A DNA stretch of 64,000 bases, taken from the NCBI RefSeq assembly GCF_009914755.1, contig NC_060932.1; one strand, 5' to 3'. The stretch is from the human T2T-CHM13v2.0 reference genome, Homo sapiens. The notes under the pieces are model-generated. The model saw only the letters and a list, made by a program, of their open reading frames with translations. It was not told where the DNA came from and did not search any database. This document shows positions 13,596 through 26,309 of the stretch, in pieces; position 1 is the first letter of the stretch, and each line of letters begins with the position of its first letter. The position numbers and the translations under genes are program-made.

Positions 13596-14261
13596 TTAAT
13601 CAAGATGGTTCTTTGCTTTGGACAAAAATAAAGACCTAACTCGTGAGTGGGACATTTTGTAACAATTTAATATTCTGGAAGGAACACTCATTTTTGGCAT
13701 CCTCAGGCATGTTCAAATTATTCTGGCAGGCTGCCTTCTCTACAGATGCTATTTATACCCATCTTTTTTGACAGGTCAAATGCTTCCTTATATACTAATC
13801 ATCCTATATTTTCTTGGCATATATTTGAATGGAAAATTATCTCGAGTCTTCGTTCTTAAACATTTTTTGAAAACATGGAAGATACAACATTACACGAACA
13901 TCTTCTAAGAAAGCTGTTGACACAGTGGATCTCAATATATTTTCCCTGCTTTGTTCTTAAATTGAGTGATTGAGGTTATTAAATGGGTAATTAGTTAAGT
14001 TCATAAACCAGATAAAAAGAAAAAGCAAAAGGATATATTGAAAATCGTGTAATTGCACGTTTTTTATTTTTAAGGAGAGCACTCCAGGATCCATCTGAAG
14101 CCTTGCTTTTCCTTTCTATCAACAACCTCTGCGAACAATGCCATTTGTGCTCTAGGGTTGTTTTGAACTCTGAGGAGGCAGTGGCTTTGGGGAGAGTAGC
14201 AATACCTTTCCAACTGTTCAGACTGATCTACCAGTAGACTCTGATGCACCCAAATAGAAAA

Positions 14262-14346
14262 AGTATACACACATACATACACGTGTATAAATGTATACAA
14301 ACACACACACATATATATATGTGTGTATATATGTATACACACCACA
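14262..14346. repeat. Mixed (CA)/(TA)/(TG) purine-pyrimidine microsatellite
   Basis: Seen directly in the sequence. Confidence 0.85.
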
Positions 14347-15629
14347 CAGTGATATGTTGCTTTATGATAGGGATATGTTCTGAGAAATGCATGATAAGGG
14401 AATTTTGTTGTGTGAACATCAGAGTGTACTTACATAAACCTACATGGTATAGCTTACCTACACACTTAGGCTATAAGGTATGGCCTATTGCTCTTAGGCT
14501 ACAAAAATATACAGATGCTACTGTAGTGAATTCTGTAGGCCATTATTATGCAATGGTAAGTATTTGTGTATCTAAACATACCTAAACACAGAAAAGGTAC
14601 AGTAAAAATATAGCATAAAAATAAGAATGGTACACTTGTATAGGGCACTTCTCATGAATGGAGCTTACAAGACTGGAAGTTGCTTAGGGTGAGTCAGTGA
14701 CTGAGTGGTAAGTATTTATGTAAAAAGTACTATAAAACCGCAATGTAAGGCTGGGCACGGTGGCTCACTCCTGTAATCCCAGCACTTTGGGAGGCCGAGG
14801 CAGGCAGATCACCTAAGGTCAGGAGTTCAAGACCAGCCTGGTCAACATGGTGAAACCCCGTCTCTACTAAAAATACAAAAATTAGCCAGGCATGGTGGTG
14901 GGCGCCTGTAATCCCAGCTACTAAGGAGGTTGAGGCAGGAGAATCACTTGAACCCAGGAGAGGGAGGTTGCAGTGTTGCAGTGAGCCAAGATCGTGCCAT
15001 TGCAGTCCAGTCTGGGTGACAAGACCAAAACTCTGTCTCAAAAAAACAAAACAAAACAAAAAAAACCCCACAATATAAGACAAGAAATAGTACATTGTAT
15101 GGGGCACCTACTGTAATTGAAGCTTGCAGGTCTAGAAGTTGCTCTGGGTGAGTCAGTAAGTGAGTGATGAGTGAATGGGAAGGCCTAGAACATAACTGTA
15201 CACTACTGCAGACTTTATAAACACTGTACGCTTAGGCTACGCTAAATTTATAAAAACTATTTTTGCTTCAATAATAAATCAACTTCAGCTTACTTTAATT
15301 TTCTTCATAAACTTTATTTTTTGACTCTTTTGTAATAACAGCTTAAAACACAAATGCATTGCACAGCTGTACAAAAACATTTTATTTCCTTATATTCTTA
15401 TTCTATAAGATTTTCTATTTTTGAAATTTTTGATTTTTAAAAAATTTATAAACTTTTTTTGTGAAAAATGAGGACATAAACACGCACATCAGCCTTGGCC
15501 TACATGAGGTCAGGATCATCAGGACATCACTAGGTGACAGGAATTTTTCAGCTCCATTATAATTTTGTGAGAACACCATCATATATGTGATTCATTGTTG
15601 ACAAAACCTTGTTATGTGGTGCATGACTG
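14347..15629 (+). mobile_element. Tigger3 (Tigger3b/Golem) DNA transposon with nested Alu
   Basis: Degenerate TIRs CAGTGATATGTTGC and GTTATGTGGTGCATGACTG followed by TA; internal GTTCTGAGAAATGC, ACACTTAGGCTA and CAGCTGTACAAAAA motifs. Confidence 0.85.
14749..15065 (+). mobile_element. AluSx-like, nested in Tigger3
   Basis: Full dimer with (CAAAA)n tail; degenerate TSD AAAACCGCAATGTAA / AAAACCCCACAATATAA. Confidence 0.95.
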
Positions 15630-15644
15630 TATATGTCTATATTC

Positions 15645-16150
15645 ATTCAGTTCTCACTATTATCTACAGATTCATATTTGTGAATTTGTCTACTTGCTAA
15701 AATGTATTTGTAACCCCCAAATCAATAGAGTTGCCCATGTGCAAGTAGCCAGTTGAGGCTGAATGAGACAACCTCCGTCTCCCTGTTCCAACTCTCCCAC
15801 AGAGAGGACGAAGGCCATAGGCACAGCATAGGGCAGTGCATAAAGTTCTAGCTCTGGGGCCAGTTGACTGGGATTTGAATCTCAACTCCGGCTCCTGCTA
15901 ATAAGGTGGCTCCAGGCAACTCACTTATGGCTTCTGAGCCTCATTTTCTCTTTTGTAAATAAAGAAAATCCAGAATGAGTTGTTTTTAGGATTTAAGATT
16001 ATAATCTATGTGAGATATGGGGATGGATGGATGGATGGATAAATAGATGTACATATTTCTTGTAGGAGCAATGTTTTCAGTATTGGCTTATTCAGTGTCT
16101 CAGGGCAAGATGACTATAGAAGATAACTACTATGAATAAGGAGAATTTAG
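15645..16150 (+). mobile_element. MER82-like TcMar-Tigger element with MIR sequence inside (about 15820-16015)
   Basis: CTACTTGCTAAAATGTATTTGTAACCCCCAAATCAATA at the 5' end; TAGGAGCAATG..CAGTATTGGCTTATTCAGTG..ATAACTACTATGAATAAGGAGAAT at the 3' end. Confidence 0.65.
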
Positions 16151-16429
16151 TGCATGTATACACTCAATACGAAAGGTCAAGACAATGTGAGGACTTGCAG
16201 GCCACTTGATGACTTTGGCTTTTGATCAGAGTCATTGGACTGGAATATTATGAATAGGATTACTCTAACTCTTGTGTTGACAATTGTCTAGTGGAGGTGA
16301 GAAGAGCAGAAGGAGAGAGACTGGTGTGCAGGCCACTTGCAATAACTCAGATTGGAAAATTGGGCCTGGGCTTGCTGCTTCCCCTGTCTGATCCTGGATC
16401 TGTGTGGGGGTCGCCCTCAGCTCCTTCTG

Positions 16430-16720
16430 GGATTCCTTGAATGTCACCTTTGTGAAGCCTTTCTTGAGTGCTCCAGCTAAACTGCAAACCTCAACCCCAG
16501 GCCCTGTTTTATCTTATCCTTCTCCACAGCATTTAGCAATAGGTAATATATTACATATTTTACTTTTTAATTTTTTTCTGAAATGCTGCATTGAACCTAA
16601 CATTCAAAAGGCAGATTTTTCTTTTGTCTTTTGGTAACTCATATCTCTGAGTTCAGAGGAGTGCTTGATACATATAGGTGCTCAAAAAATGTTTTCATGG
16701 ATGAATAGATGAACAAATGA
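16430..16720 (+). mobile_element. L2 3' fragment
   Basis: AATGTCACCTTTGTGAAGCCTTTCTTGA..GTGCTTGATACATATAGGTGCTCAAAAAATG..GATGAATAGATGAA. Confidence 0.65.
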
Positions 16721-17140
16721 AATTATATAAACATTAAAAGGTAATGTGGATAAATTGAACTCTGAAGGAATGCTTAATCTTTAGAGAAGTATCCAAATGA
16801 TTCTTTTTCTTTAACCTGGATGGAAAAATTTATCAAGCTATTATTTGAATTTCATGACAATTTAAAACCAATGCTTATGGATGAGAGAGGAACATTTAAG
16901 AGTAACTATAATGTGTCTCTTCATCCCATCAAGACAGTAATATGCCTTTTCCAAAAGGGGATGTTTGAAGGGGCAAAGACTATGTGCATTTTTAAAGCTC
17001 CCTGAATTTTGTTTTATAGGATTATACCACAATTCAGAAAAAAGAGCACACTTAATTTAATGTTTCTTTTTCATACGTCAATATGTGAGTGATATGCTTT
17101 CTTTGAACATGAAAGTAATGCACAATGTGTATATATATAT

Positions 17141-17625
17141 TTTGTTTGTTTGTTTGCTTTTTACTTTAAGTTCCAGGATACATGTGCAGAATGTGCAGGT
17201 TTGTTACATAGGTATGCATATGCCATGGTGGTTTACTGCACCTATCAATCCACCATCTAGGTTTAAGCCCCACATGCATTAGATATTTGTCCTAATGCTC
17301 TCGCTTCCCTCACCCCCACCCCCTGACAGGCCCCAGTGTGTGTTGTTCCCCACCCTGTGTCCCTGTATTCTCATTGTTCAACTGTCACTTATGAGTGAGA
17401 ACATGTGGTGTTTGGTCTTCTGTTCCTGTGTTAGTTTGCTGAGAATGATGGTTTCCAGTTTCATCCATTTCCCTGCAAAGGACATGAACTCATTCTTTTT
17501 ATATAGCTGCATAGTATTCCATGGTGTATGTGTGCCATATTTTCTTTATCCAATCTATCATTGATGGGTATTTGGGTTGGTTCCAAGTCTTTGCTCTTGT
17601 GAATAGTGCTGCAATAAACATACGT
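17141..17625 (-). mobile_element. 5'-truncated L1PA 3' end (L1PA7/8-like)
   Basis: TACTTTAAGTTCCAGGATACATGTGCAGAATGTGCAGG; TSD TGCACAATGT at 17119 and 17626. Confidence 0.92.
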
Positions 17626-17977
17626 TGCACAATGTATATTTTTAAAGGGTATAATGAATTTATTTTGGAATTCTATGTCAACATGCATAAGAAAATAAAT
17701 AAAATATTAGTCCTAGAATTCAATGAGATAAAGTCCCAACAGCTAGAAAGTACTTCCTTAATGTTCCAAATGCAGTTTTTAGATGTAGTTATCACCATAG
17801 ATTTGGATTGTTATGGGGTTTTCCTGATCAGCCAGTACGAATGTCTGCTATTTAATGAATTATTACAATTTGGGGTGGTGGAGGAGGAGTTTGACTGCAA
17901 AATAGTTAATTCAATAAGAGAAATAGACACAGAAAAATCAATCATAAGTTTTAAATATAAGATTTTCTGAACTCTTA

Positions 17978-18027
17978 AATGCCTGACATTGACCTTTAGT
18001 CTAATGCCTGACATTGACCTCTATTCT
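17978..18027. repeat. 25-bp tandem duplication (AATGCCTGACATTGACCT core x2)
   Basis: Identical 18-mers at 17978 and 18003. Confidence 0.9.
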
Positions 18028-18286
18028 AAAATACTTCACAATTGAAATCTTAAGGTACTACACATTCCCTTATTGTAATTTCTCTCTCCTCCATCTCTCT
18101 GTTTTCCTCATTACACTTTAGTCATCTAACACTCTGCCCTCCTATACTACTTGGTTATAGGCCCCTGGGGAATAAGAAATGTCTGATTCATTTATATAGT
18201 TCCAACATAGGATCTGACACATAGTAGGTATTCAATTTTGATCTATAATTTAGGTTAATTAGTAGGAATCTCATTGTCAAATACAT

Positions 18287-18368
18287 CACACATATGTACA
18301 CACACATACATATGTATACACAGCACATATATATGTGTGTGTGTATATATATATGTGTGTGTGTGTGT
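18287..18368. repeat. Mixed (CA)/(TA)/(TG) microsatellite
   Basis: Seen directly in the sequence. Confidence 0.85.
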
Positions 18369-20326
18369 AGACATAAACGTTTTTCCATACTGACTTCCAG
18401 AAAGTTGAAGAGCTATATTTCCCAGGTAAAATTGGAAAACTTGACCAAAGAAGGGTTTTTTTAGTATTTAAGGGGTCTTCTCCATGAAAAGTTAAGTTTC
18501 TCCTCCCCTTGGTAAAAATAGAGGAACACATTACCTGATGAAATACCATCTTAAGGAAATGTCAGCTTCCCTTCAACCTGACAGCTAAAGTTTAACAAGA
18601 GCTGCGGAAGCAGATGGCCTTGCTGTCCTACGTGTGGCTTTCTTCCCCACGGCTATGCCTAAAGGCAGGTGGGAGAGTGGGCTGAAGACATCTGGATGGG
18701 AGACACACGAGGGAGGGGTCTGCCTGAACATATGCTGTGTAAGGAGAGTGGTGGGAGGCATAGGGGGGCCCCCGCCCCTCCTCCCAGTGAGTCCTCGGTC
18801 CCAGCACCGGTCCCTTCTGTTATCTTTCCTTACCACGCACAGTGCCTGAGTCACCCTTTGGGTTCCTTAGACTGATTATCTCCTTTCATCAAGCAGAGTG
18901 TGGGACTCCCCTTGGTCCTGATCTACTCGAGCTAGCACAGTCTCATGTGTTGCCATGCTTGCATGTCCCTGTTCGAACTAAAAACTGCTTCAAACAACAA
19001 TGTCATCTCAAGACAGGCATCTTTCTATCTAACCCCACATGCAAGAGCGCTGCTCCCTGTGCTGCTCACTAAATGGCTGTTTAATTAAACATGTGTGTGT
19101 ATACATGTATTGGGGCTATTTAGTGGACTGCAGAGGAGGGAGAAAGGTGTTTTTTTGTTTGTTTGTTTGTTTTTGCTTTACTTCCATAAACTGGATATCC
19201 CAATCTGCAACTTCTCCAACACCCATTATTCCTCCCAGGACAAAAGTCAACAGATAAGCAAAGCAAAATATCTCTTGCAATCAGATATTCTGTTATTCTG
19301 ACCTCCATTCTGGCATGAGCCATGCTGACTCTACCAAGATAAAAATGGGCAAACTAAAGCATTCCTACACCACTTCATACAGGGTGTGGCCAGGCTCCTG
19401 CCTGGATTCCAGCCCACATAGCCTTCTTACTCCTTCTCTGCTGAGCCAACCTTCCCTTCACCACATGCTCAGCCTCGCCTTTGACAGTCTCTGGGCTGTC
19501 CTAATCTCAAGAAGAGGAAGTGAGGAAGTTCTAATTCTATGCCCCAGGACAGAGCAGTGAGTCACACTTGCTATAATCTGATCTTGCTAGGGTGTCACAG
19601 TCCTAATAACAGGCCTTCTGAAGGGCTCCAACGGTCTAGAGTGCCAAACTCCAGTTCCTCCATGAGTATGCAGATCAGATTCCTGACTTAGTCCTGATAC
19701 CAGGGCCTTTGTCCAGGAGAAGCACTCATTTCCTCATGTCAGCCCACACTGCCATCCCCATCCCTTCCCAGCTGTCCACAGACAGACTAGCAAGCTGCTG
19801 CATCCTTCTCTTAATTAATAGGAACCCACTGGGCAGAAAATAAGCAGCTTTTGTCCCTCTAGCCCAATGGGTTAGGAAAAACATCTGCTGTTCCATCCAC
19901 ACCTGAACTCTTAACTGCCAGGCATATGTCATAGACTGATAGCAAGCAGTATAAGACTCACCTCCATCCCATCAACTTGAAAATGAGACTCACTTTTAGC
20001 ACCCCATTGCTTGAATATTTTCAGCTGTTGAAAGAATACAATGTAAGAGATTCAAATAGAAATGAAAAACTTTATTCAGTTGATGCATCATCAGGAACAC
20101 TGGAGACCAGGTGACTCCTGGTAGTGGAAACAGGGTCAGGATTTTACAGGGTAGGGGAAAGTCCAGTATGTGTCTTTGTAATTTTGACCTAGGCAGCATT
20201 TTTTTTTCCACTTTAACAGAAACTGCAGTCCAGGGTACTAATACCCATCAAAATAATCTTTTGAAATAAGTGATTTATTTTGGTTTAAAAGGTCTTCAAA
20301 GTTCACAGGTAAAGAGGCTGATAGCC

Positions 20327-20412
20327 AAAAGAAGGAAGGAAGGAAGGAGGAAAGGAAGGAAGGAAGGAAGGAAGGAAGGAAGGAAGGAAGGAAGGAAGGG
20401 AGGAAGAAAGGA

Positions 20413-20493
<81 letters not shown>

Positions 20494-20528
20494 GGAGAAA
20501 GGGGAAGGGGGAGTGAGAAAGAAAGAAA

Positions 20529-20589
<61 letters not shown>

Positions 20590-20633
20590 AAAGAAAGAAA
20601 GAAAGAAAGAGAAAGCAGGCAGGCAGGCAGGCA
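20327..20633. repeat. Polypurine compound microsatellite (GGAA)11, (GAAA)n, (GGCA)n
   Basis: GGAA x11 at 20354-20397, then GAAA blocks. Confidence 0.97.
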
Positions 20634-22497
20634 AAGGTAGAAGGCAAGGGAGAGACTAGGGACCCTATAAGGTGTGTTTTATTCCTCTTACATCGTCAAT
20701 GCTTCTCAAAATATCTTTGGTACAGGCAACAGATGTTTTTGTTTTTATTGACTTTTAATTTTTTCAGTAGGGTTTTGGAGAACAGGTGGTGTTTGGTTAC
20801 ATGAATAAATTCTTTAGTGGTGGTTTCTGAAATTTTGGTGCACCCATCACCCAATAAGTGTACACTCTACCCAATGTGTATTCTCCTTCTCCCCCTTCTG
20901 CCCTTTCCCTTGAGTCTCCAAAGTACATTGTATCATTCTTATGCCTTTGTGTCCTCATAGCCTAGCTCTCACTTAGGAGTGAGAACATATGATGCTTGGT
21001 TTTCCATTCCTGAATTACTTCACTTAGAATAATGTCCTGCAATTCCATCCAGGTTGCGCGAATGCCATTATTTTGTTCGTTTTTATGGCTGAGTAGTATT
21101 ATGTGTGTGTATACATATATATCACGTTTTCTTTATCCACTCGATTGATAGGCACTTGGGCTGGTTCCGTATTTTTGCAAGTGTGAATTGTGCTACTATA
21201 AACATGCATGTGCAAGAATCTTTTTCGTATAATAACTTCTTTTCCTCTGGGTAGATTCCCAAGTAGTGGGAATGCTGGCTGGATCAAATGGTAGATCTAC
21301 TTTTAATTCTTTAAGGAATCTCCACACTGTTGCTCCATAATGGTTGTATTAGTTTACATTCACACCAAAGGGTGTAAAAGTGTTCCCTTTTCACCACATC
21401 CATGCCAATCACTATATTTTTTTTATTTTTTGATTATGGCCATTCTTACAGGAGTAAAGTGATATTGCTTTGTAGTTTTGATTTGCATTTCCCTGATAAT
21501 TAGTGATGTTGAGCATTTTTCATATGTTTTTTGGCCATTTTTATGTCTTCTTTTGAGAATTGTCTATTTATGTCCTTAGCCCACTTTTTGATGATGGGAT
21601 TATTTGGGGATTTTTGTGTTTTTGTTTTTGTTATGCTTTGTTTTGTTTTTTGCTGATTTGTTTGAGTTCCTTGTAGATTCTGGACATTAGTCCTTCGTCA
21701 GATGCATAGTGTGCGAAGATTTTCTCTCACTCTGTGGGTTGTCTGTTTACTCTGCTGATTATTTCTTTAGCTGTGCAGAAGTTTTTAGTTTAATTAAGTC
21801 CCATCCATTTATCTTTGTTTTTGTCACATTTGCTTTTGGGTTCTTGGTCATGAACTCTTTGTCCAAGCCAATGTCTGGAAGAGTTTATCTCATGTTATCT
21901 TCTAGAATTGTTATGGTTTCAGGTCTTAGATTTAAGTCTTTGATCCATCTTGAGTGAAATTTTGTACTACTCAAGTACAAAATTGTGAGAGATGAGGATC
22001 CAGTTTTATTCTTCCACACATGTCTTGCCAATTATCCCAGCACCATTTGTTGAATAGAGTGTCCTTTTCCCACTTCATGTTTTTGTTTGCTTTGGCAAAG
22101 ATCAGTTGGCTGTGAATATTTGGCTTTATTTCTGAGTTCTCTATTCTGTTCCATTGGTCTATGTGCCTATTTTTACACCAGTACCATTCTGTTTTGGTGA
22201 CCATAGTCTTATATTATACTTTGAAGTCAGGTAATGTGATGTCTCCAGATTTGTTCTTTTTGCTTAGTCTTGCTTTGGCTATGCGGACTCTTTTTTTGGT
22301 TCTGTATGAGTTTTAGGATTGCTTTTTCCAGTTCTGTGAAGAATGATGATGGTATTTTGAAGGAAATTACATTGAATTTGTAGATTGCTTTTGTCAGTAA
22401 TGTCATTTTCACAATACTGATTCTACCTATTCGTGAGCATGGGATAGGTGTTTCCATTTGTTTGTGTTGTCTATAATTTCTTTCAGCAGTGTTTTGT

Positions 22498-22771
22498 TTG
22501 TTTATTTGTTTGTTTTGTTTTGTTTTGAGATGGAGTCTCACTCTGTTGCCCAGGCTGGAGTGCAGTGGTGCAATCTTGGCTCACTGCTAGCTCCACCTCC
22601 AGAGTTCACGCCATTCTCCTGCCTCAGCCTCCCAAGTAGCTGGGACTACAGGTGCCTGCCACCATGTCCAGCTAATTTTTTTTGTATTTTTAGTAGAGAT
22701 GGGGTTTTACCGTGTTAGCCAGGATGGTCTCAATCTCCTGATCTCGTGATCTGCCCACCTTGGCCTCTCAA
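22498..22771 (-). mobile_element. AluY, about 35 nt 5'-truncated, inserted in L1PB ORF2
   Basis: TTCACGCCATTCTCC and ACCGTGTTAGCCAGGATGG diagnostics; perfect 15-bp TSD TCAGCAGTGTTTTGT at 22483 and 22772. Confidence 0.95.
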
Positions 22772-25700
22772 TCAGCAGTGTTTTGTAGTTTTCCTTGTAG
22801 ATATCTTTCATCTCCTTGATTAGGTCTATTTCTAAGTATTTTAATTAATTTTTTTGCAGCTATTGTGAAAGGCATTGAGTTATTGATTTGATTCTCAGCT
22901 TGGTTGCTTTTGGCGTATAGCAGTGCTACTGATTTGTGTACATTGATTTTGTATCCTGAAACTTTACTGAATTCATTTATCAGATCTAGGAGCTTTTGGA
23001 TGAGTCTTTAGGGTTTTCTAGGTATACAATCCTATCGTCAGTGAACAGTGACAGTTTGACTTCCTCTTTACTAATTTGGTTGCCCTTTATTTCTTTATCT
23101 TGTCTCACTGCTCTGGCTAGGACTTCTAGTACTATGTTAAATAGAAGTGGTGAAAGTGGGCATCCTTGTCTTGTTCCAGTTCCCAGGGAGAATGCTTTCA
23201 ACTTTTCCCCATTCAGTATAATGTTGGCTGTGGGTTTGTCATGGACAACTTTTATTACCTTAAGGTATGTCCCTTCTATGCTGATTTTGCTGAGGGTTTT
23301 GATCATAAAGTGATGCTGGATTTTGTCAAATGCTTTTTCTGTATCTATTGAGATGATCATATGATTTTTGTTTTTACTTCTGTTTATCTGCTGTATCACA
23401 TTTATTAGCTTGCATATGTCGAACCATCCCTGCATTCCAGGTATGAAACTCACTTGATCATGGTGGATAATTTTTTTGATATGCTGTTGGATTTGGTTAG
23501 CTGGTATTTTTTTGAGGATTTTTGCATCTATTTTCAACAGAGATATTAATCCGTAGTTTTTGTTGTTGTTGTTATGTCCTTTCTTGGCTTTGCTATCAGG
23601 GTGATACTGGCCTCATAGAACGATTTAGAAAGGATTTCCTCCTTCTCTATCTTTTGGAGTAGTGTCAGTAAGGTTGGTATCAATTCTTCTATGAATGTCT
23701 AATAGAATTCAGCTGTGAATCCATCTGGTCTTGGACATATCTTTGTTGGCTATTTGTTTATTACCACTTCAGGCTCACTGCTTGTCATTGGTCTGTTCAG
23801 AGTTTAATTTCTTACTTGTTTAATCTAGGAGGGCACATTTGTATGCATAAATGTGCTCATAGTAGCCCTGAATAATCTTTTGTATTTCTGTGGTATCAGT
23901 TGTGATATCTCCCGTTTTGTTTCTAATTAAGCTTATTTGGAACTTCTCTCTTATTTTCTTGGTTAATCTCACTAATGCTTTATCAATTTTGTCTTTTCAA
24001 ACAACCAGCTTTTTGTTTCATTTATCTTTTGTATTGTTTTCCGTTTGTTTCAATTTCATTTAGTTCTGTGCTGACCTTTGTTATTTCTTTTCTTTGCTGG
24101 GTTTGGGTCTGGTTTGTTCTTGTTTCTCTAGTTCCTTGAGGTGTGACCTTAGATTGTCTATTTGTGCTCTTTCAGACTTTTTGATGTAGGCAGTTAATGC
24201 TAGAAACTTTCCTCTTAGCACCAGTTTTGCTGTATCCCAGAGGTTTTGATATGTTGTGTCACTATTATCACTCAGTTTAAAAAATTATTTAATTTTTATC
24301 TTGATTTCATTGTGAACTCAATGATCATTCAGGAGCAGGCTATTTAATTTTCATGTATTTGTATGGTTTTGAGAGTTCCTTTTGGAATTAATTTCCAATT
24401 TTATTCCACAGTGGCCTGAGAGAGTACTTATAATTTTGATTTTCCTCAATTTATTTAGACTTGTATGGTGTATCTTGGAGAATGTTCCATGTGCTGATGA
24501 ATAGAATGTATATTCTACAGTTGTTGGGTAGAATGTTCTGTAAATATCTGTTAAGTCCATTTGTTCTAGGGTATAGTTTAAATCCACTGTTTCTTTGTTG
24601 ACTTTCTGTCTTGATAACCTGTCAAGTGCTGTCAGTGGAGTATTGAAATTTCCCATTATTATTGTGTTGCTGTCTATCTCATTTCTTAGATCTAGTAGTA
24701 ATTGTTTTGTAGATTTAGGAGCTCCAGTGTTAGGTGCATATATAGCATACATATTAAGGATTGTGATATTTTCCTGTTGGACTAGTACTTTTATCATTAT
24801 ACAATGTCCCTCTTTGTCTTTTTAAACTGTTTTTGCTTTAAAGTCTGTTTTGTCTGATATAAGAATAACTACTTCTGTCACTTTTGGTGTCCATTTGCAT
24901 GGAATATCTTTTTCCACCCCTTTACCTTCAGTTTATGTGAGTCCTTATGTGTGTTCGATTAGTCTCTTGAAGACAGTGGATACTTGGTTGGTGAATTCTT
25001 ACTCATTCCACCATTCTGTATTTTTTAGTGGAGCATTTAGGCCATTTACATTCAACATTAGTATTGAGATGAGAGGTACTATTCTCTTCATCATGCTAGT
25101 TGTTTCCTGAATACTTTGTTTTTTCCTTTATTGTTTTATTGTTTTATAGGTCTTGTGAAATTTATGTTGTAAGGAGGTTCTATTCTGGTGTATTTTGAGG
25201 ATTTCTTTCAAGATTTAAAGCTCCTTTTAGCAGTTCTTGTAGAGCTGGCTTGGTAGTGGTGAATTCTTTCAGTATTTGTTTGTCTGAAAAAAAATGTATC
25301 TCCTCTTCATTTATGAAGCTTAGTTTCACTGGATATAAAATTCTTGGCTGATAATTATTTTGTTTAAGGAGGCTAAAGATAGGACCCCAGTGCCTTCTGG
25401 CATGCAGGGTTTCTGCTGAAAAATCTGCTGTTAATCTATTAGGTTTTCCTTTACAGGTTACCTGATGTTTTTGCCTCATGGCTCTTAGGATTCTTTCATT
25501 CGTCTTGACTTTAGATAACCTGATGACTATGTGCCTAAGTGATTATCTTTTTGCAGTGAATTTCCCGGGTGTTGTTTGAGCTTCTTGTATTTGAATGTCT
25601 AGACCTCCAGCAAGGCCAGGGAAGTGTTCCTTGATTATTCCAGGGAATTGTTGCTTGATTATTCCCTCAAATATGTTTCCCAAACTTTTAGATTTCTCTT

Positions 25701-25971
25701 CTTCATAGGGAACACCAATAATTCTTATGTTTGGTCATCTAACATAATCCCAGACTTCTTGGAGGCTTTGTTCATTTTTTTAAAAATCCTTTTTTCTTTG
25801 TCTTTGTTGGATTGGGTTAATTTGAAAACTTTGTCTTCAAGCTCAGAAGTTCTTTCTTCTACTTGTTCAATTCTATTGTTGAGAGTTTCCAGTGTATTTT
25901 ACATTTTTCCAACATGTCCTTTATTTCCAGAAGGTGTGATTGTTTTTTATTTATGCTTTCTATTTCTCTGA

Positions 25972-26309
<338 letters not shown>

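Noticed and set aside
14730-15107. 125-aa ORF and similar ORFs at 3629, 22458, 44729, 50010 and 59372
   Set aside because: Typical Alu-derived translations (for example [16 protein letters not shown])
17521-17970. 149-aa plus-strand ORF
   Set aside because: Starts in antisense L1 and runs into AT-rich DNA; no recognisable domain or exon structure
14262-18368. Self-complementary CA/TA/TG tracts (14262-14346, 18287-18368) as structured RNA genes
   Set aside because: Ordinary dinucleotide microsatellites; self-complementarity follows from their composition
20270-20659. ORFs of 112-129 aa (RKE repeats)
   Set aside because: Translation of the GGAA/GAAA microsatellite
22986-25479. Reverse transcriptase, endonuclease and ORF1-like peptides as a possible retron or novel RT system
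   Set aside because: These are fragmented LINE-1 ORFs inside a TSD-flanked L1PB, broken by stops, frameshifts and Alus; the YADD-equivalent motif reads FTDD
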